Shown here one piece after another: positions 60,401 to 64,000 of a stretch of DNA of 64,000 bases; position 1 is the first letter of the stretch, and each line of letters starts with the position of its first letter. A program made the position numbers and the translations under genes. This DNA comes from Rhizophagus irregularis (lineage: Eukaryota), in contig NC_089436.1 of assembly GCF_026210795.1 (NCBI RefSeq), positions 2,418,001 through 2,482,000 of the forward strand. The letters are read 5' to 3'. Below the pieces are notes generated by a model. The model saw only the letters and a program-made list of their open reading frames with translations, was not told where the DNA came from and did not search any database.

Positions 60401-63400
60401 TGGTTAATGACTTGGTTTACTTTATTTAACTTTAATTTAAAAGTAACATCTAAATACAAACAATAAATGTTCGAAGTAACAAAGTAACAAATCATTATCA
60501 TAAGGCTGAAGTAAATCACAAACAAATAATAAAAAATCCAAATAGAGAAAAACTTGGATTTTTTCACCCTGTTACTTGACTTTTGGTGTAAATTGTGTAA
60601 CTGCACGCGATGGTGAATTTTTTTTTCTAACTGGTGAAGTAATTTAAAAATAGTTGATTGTTTTTCCGTTAATGTTTTCATTTTAATTGATATTTTCCAT
60701 TTTAATCTTTGTTGAGAAGTTTCTTCTTTCTAAATAGAGATTAATTTGTTCTGCAAAAACTTTATTACAAAAAAGTGAGTTCATTCAAAAAATATATATA
60801 TATATATATTATTTAATTGGATATCTTTCTTACACGTTTTCTTTGTAAATAAATAACTTCCTTATTTCAATTACTCATATAAAAAAGGTTCATCGTACGT
60901 TGTTTACCATGTATAAATACGGTACTTAATTAAAAATCGTTTATAGGGAGATTAATTTCAGTGTGCTGGGACACCGGCCCTTGTATTTAGATACGACAAT
61001 GATGATTTTTTTTTTTGGAATGATGATTATTTTGAATTTTCATTGGTAGTAATTAATTCAATTTTTTGTGTCACTCGAAAAAAAGTAACCAAACATCCAT
61101 TGACACTTGAACTAAACCTTAATTTCTTGACTTTAACAAGTTTTTTTAAATCTTGTTTATACTTCCAAATTCTATTGGAATTATTGAAATTGGAATATCT
61201 ATTTTTTTTAAAAAAAAGAAATTTTTTTTTTTATCAATAAAACTGAATTCGTTTTTATAGTAATAATGTTTTAGGTTTTTTCAATCATAAGGTACATGAA
61301 ATAGATTGTACAGAAAGAATTCATTTTTCGTTCAAAATGTTTGATGTTTGCATTAATAGAATAAAATTTCGGAATCTCTCGCATCATTATCATGCTCCGG
61401 TGAATAAGGTTAACCAAAGAAGAAATAGGAATAATAGAAGAGAAGTTTTTTAATTTTTTGGGGTTCCCAGAAATATTTAATATATGATGAACGAGGAAAA
61501 TAACAATTATTTTTACTAATAATTTTTTCATTTTAAGAAATGATAAGATTATCATTCCGTTAATCTTGTAAAAAAAAAATCTTAATTTTTTTTTTTTAAT
61601 AAAAAACATCTAAAAAAAAGTTTTCTTGATTTTTTTTGTTGAGTTAACCATGTTTGTTAATTATACTTTCTTTTTATATCTTAAATTTTTTCCCATCTTT
61701 CTTTTTTTTGAAATTATGATCTTTTTTACGAAACATCAATATTAGAATTCGAAACATTTATAGAAATTATACGTTTTATCATCTTAAAAATTTTTTCATG
61801 ATAATTTTTTTTTTTTTTTTACATAATTTATTATGTAGTTAAAATTTCGAACCAATAAAATATATCCCGGATATTGCCGTTAATTAAATATTAATAATAT
61901 GAAATATTATTTATTATTATTATTATTATTTTTTTTTTTTTTTTTAAAAAAAAAAATTTATTTTTTTTTAATTGGTTCATAAATAAATTGATGTTCAGGG
62001 TCCTAATAGTATATGAACTTCATATGCTTAGACCTGTCAAGAGGAAGGATTAAAGAAAATTAATGAGTAACAAATTAAACAATCTCATTTTTCATATTTA
62101 CATCATAAAATAAAAGTTGGGGTAATTAGTAATTAGGTAGGATCTATAAAAAGACAATAAATTTTTCTAAAGGGATTGTTAAATATTTATTTCAGCCTTT
62201 TTTTTTTTTTTTTTCGATTTTACGTCTTCAACTTTAATAATTAAATATTACTGCATGAGAGATAAATCATGTGGCCTAAATGTAATTATAACATACATGA
62301 CATGTTGTATTCACGTGATATAAGTAATTTTTGTGGGGAAAAGTCATTACTTATTAGTCATTAAATCATTTATAGGTCAATAGGTCAAAAGAAAAACAAT
62401 GTTCATTCCACAATGGGTAAGGATAAAAAAGGTCCCAGGATTCGATTTTGGAAGATATTATGCATGTGTAAGCAAGAAGTTGTTTTTTTGCATCTTTTGC
62501 ATTAATTAAAGTTTAATTTTATTGTCAATTTTTATTTTTATTAGAACGTCAAATGATGAGAATAATAAAAAATGATGGGTTTCAGTTTATTGGTGTTTTA
62601 ATTTTTTTTAAATATAGTAGTAATAATAAAGTTATATTGTTCATTACTATTATAGTATTTAATAATAATCGGGATCATTTATTACAAATTATTAATTATA
62701 TCTTGTATTGAACTTATCGTTTAGAAATGCATGTATTTCTTAATGATCATTAATTATTGGTGAATTTATGCAGTGATATCCATATGGTCGATTCTTTATT
62801 AGTCATAGTTTTTTTAGTTACAATCGGGGATACTCATTTACTTTACTTATTTAATACTAAATCGGTTATAAATTGAAAGGGGGACTTGAACCTTTCAATT
62901 TTCTTTGGGAAATGGAAATTTATTACAGTATAAATATAAATATGCCGGTAATACATTTATTCTTTTACTTTGATCTTTGGGGATTATTATGTATATATAT
63001 ATATTTTTTGGTTTTGGTTATTACATAATCGTAATCCAATTTCAAAAAAAATAAAATAAAATAAAATAAATAAATAAATAAAAAAACTCTACTTTTTGTT
63101 TTTGTCGAAAAACAGAAACCAATAATAGTCATCATTATTTTTTTTTCCCTTATTATTTATTATATTAAATCATATTTTTTTTTTCACCTAAAATATATTT
63201 ATTTTCAAAGGAGATATTTTTTTTAAACCAATATTTTTTTTTAAACCTTAAAAATTTTAAAATTTTAAATATTTTAAATATTTTAAATATTTTAGAAATT
63301 TTAGAAATTTTAGAAATTTAAAATATTTTTTTTAAAACCTTCTTTTTTTTTAAACCTTTATTTTTTTTAAACCTTTATTTTAAAATCTTTTAAAACCTTT

Positions 63401-63813
63401 TAAACCTTTTTTTTTATTTTTTAAAAAAAAATATTTTCTTTTGAAAATATAAATAATATAATAATATAAATATAAAATTTTTTTATTTTTATTTTTTATT
63501 TTTATTTTTTTTTTATTTGTTTACTTTTTTAAAGCTAAAGGGACGCGCTTTATTTACTGCTACACATAAAAAAAAAAATTAAATTTTTTTTTTTGAATAT
63601 AAAAATGATATAAATTCATACAAACATAATGACACTATTTGTTTATTTTAACGAAAAAAAGAAACACAAAAATCCTAAAATATACAAATTATCCTTTTAA
63701 TAAATTTTTATTATTATAATATTATTTTTTTATTATTAAAGATAAATTTAATAATAATTATAATAATCAATTTTAAATAAATTTATAATTATAATTATAA
63801 TTATAAATTAATT

Positions 63814-63846
<33 letters not shown>

Positions 63847-64000
63847 TTTATTTATTATATATAACTTTTTAAAAAAAAAATATTCAGGTTTTTAATTTGT
63901 TTTAATTTAAAATTATTTTTTTTATTTTTTTTTGTATTGATTTGAAAGGAGAATTTTTTTTTTTTTTTGAAAGCGTCATGAAAGATTTATGAAAGCTTTC

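Noticed and set aside
58169..61609. Short ORFs in the AT-rich right end (also 32393-33064, 47109-47381)
   Set aside because: Composition dominated by F/I/K/L/N from poly-A/T runs; no domains.

Overview
Very AT-rich eukaryotic DNA with short GT-AG introns. Gene-family style suggests an arbuscular mycorrhizal fungus (Glomeromycota, Rhizophagus-like); this is an inference. The left half (1 to ~31 kb) is a nest of mobile DNA. It holds a decayed Maverick/Polinton-type protein-primed polB region, a 5'-truncated CACTA/Mirage (CMC) element with a Myb/SANT cargo gene, two full-length Mutator (MULE) elements with 9-bp TSDs, an RNase H non-LTR retrotransposon 3' fragment and many MITEs. It also holds a near-intact 4.15-kb TIR element (10696-14843) flanked by TTAA that encodes a DUF6589-like putative transposase with a C-terminal homeodomain-like region; I cannot assign it to a named superfamily. 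A ~115-bp module with a 13-3-13 dyad core recurs about ten times inside otherwise unrelated elements. The right half holds one intact host gene (F-box/LRR-like, 33922-36240), a cluster of pseudogenes (Crinkler-type ATPase-nuclease, kinase-like, nuclease-like; 40-49.5 kb) and ~14 kb without credible coding sequence. Family assignments come from motif recognition by eye; no database searches were run.
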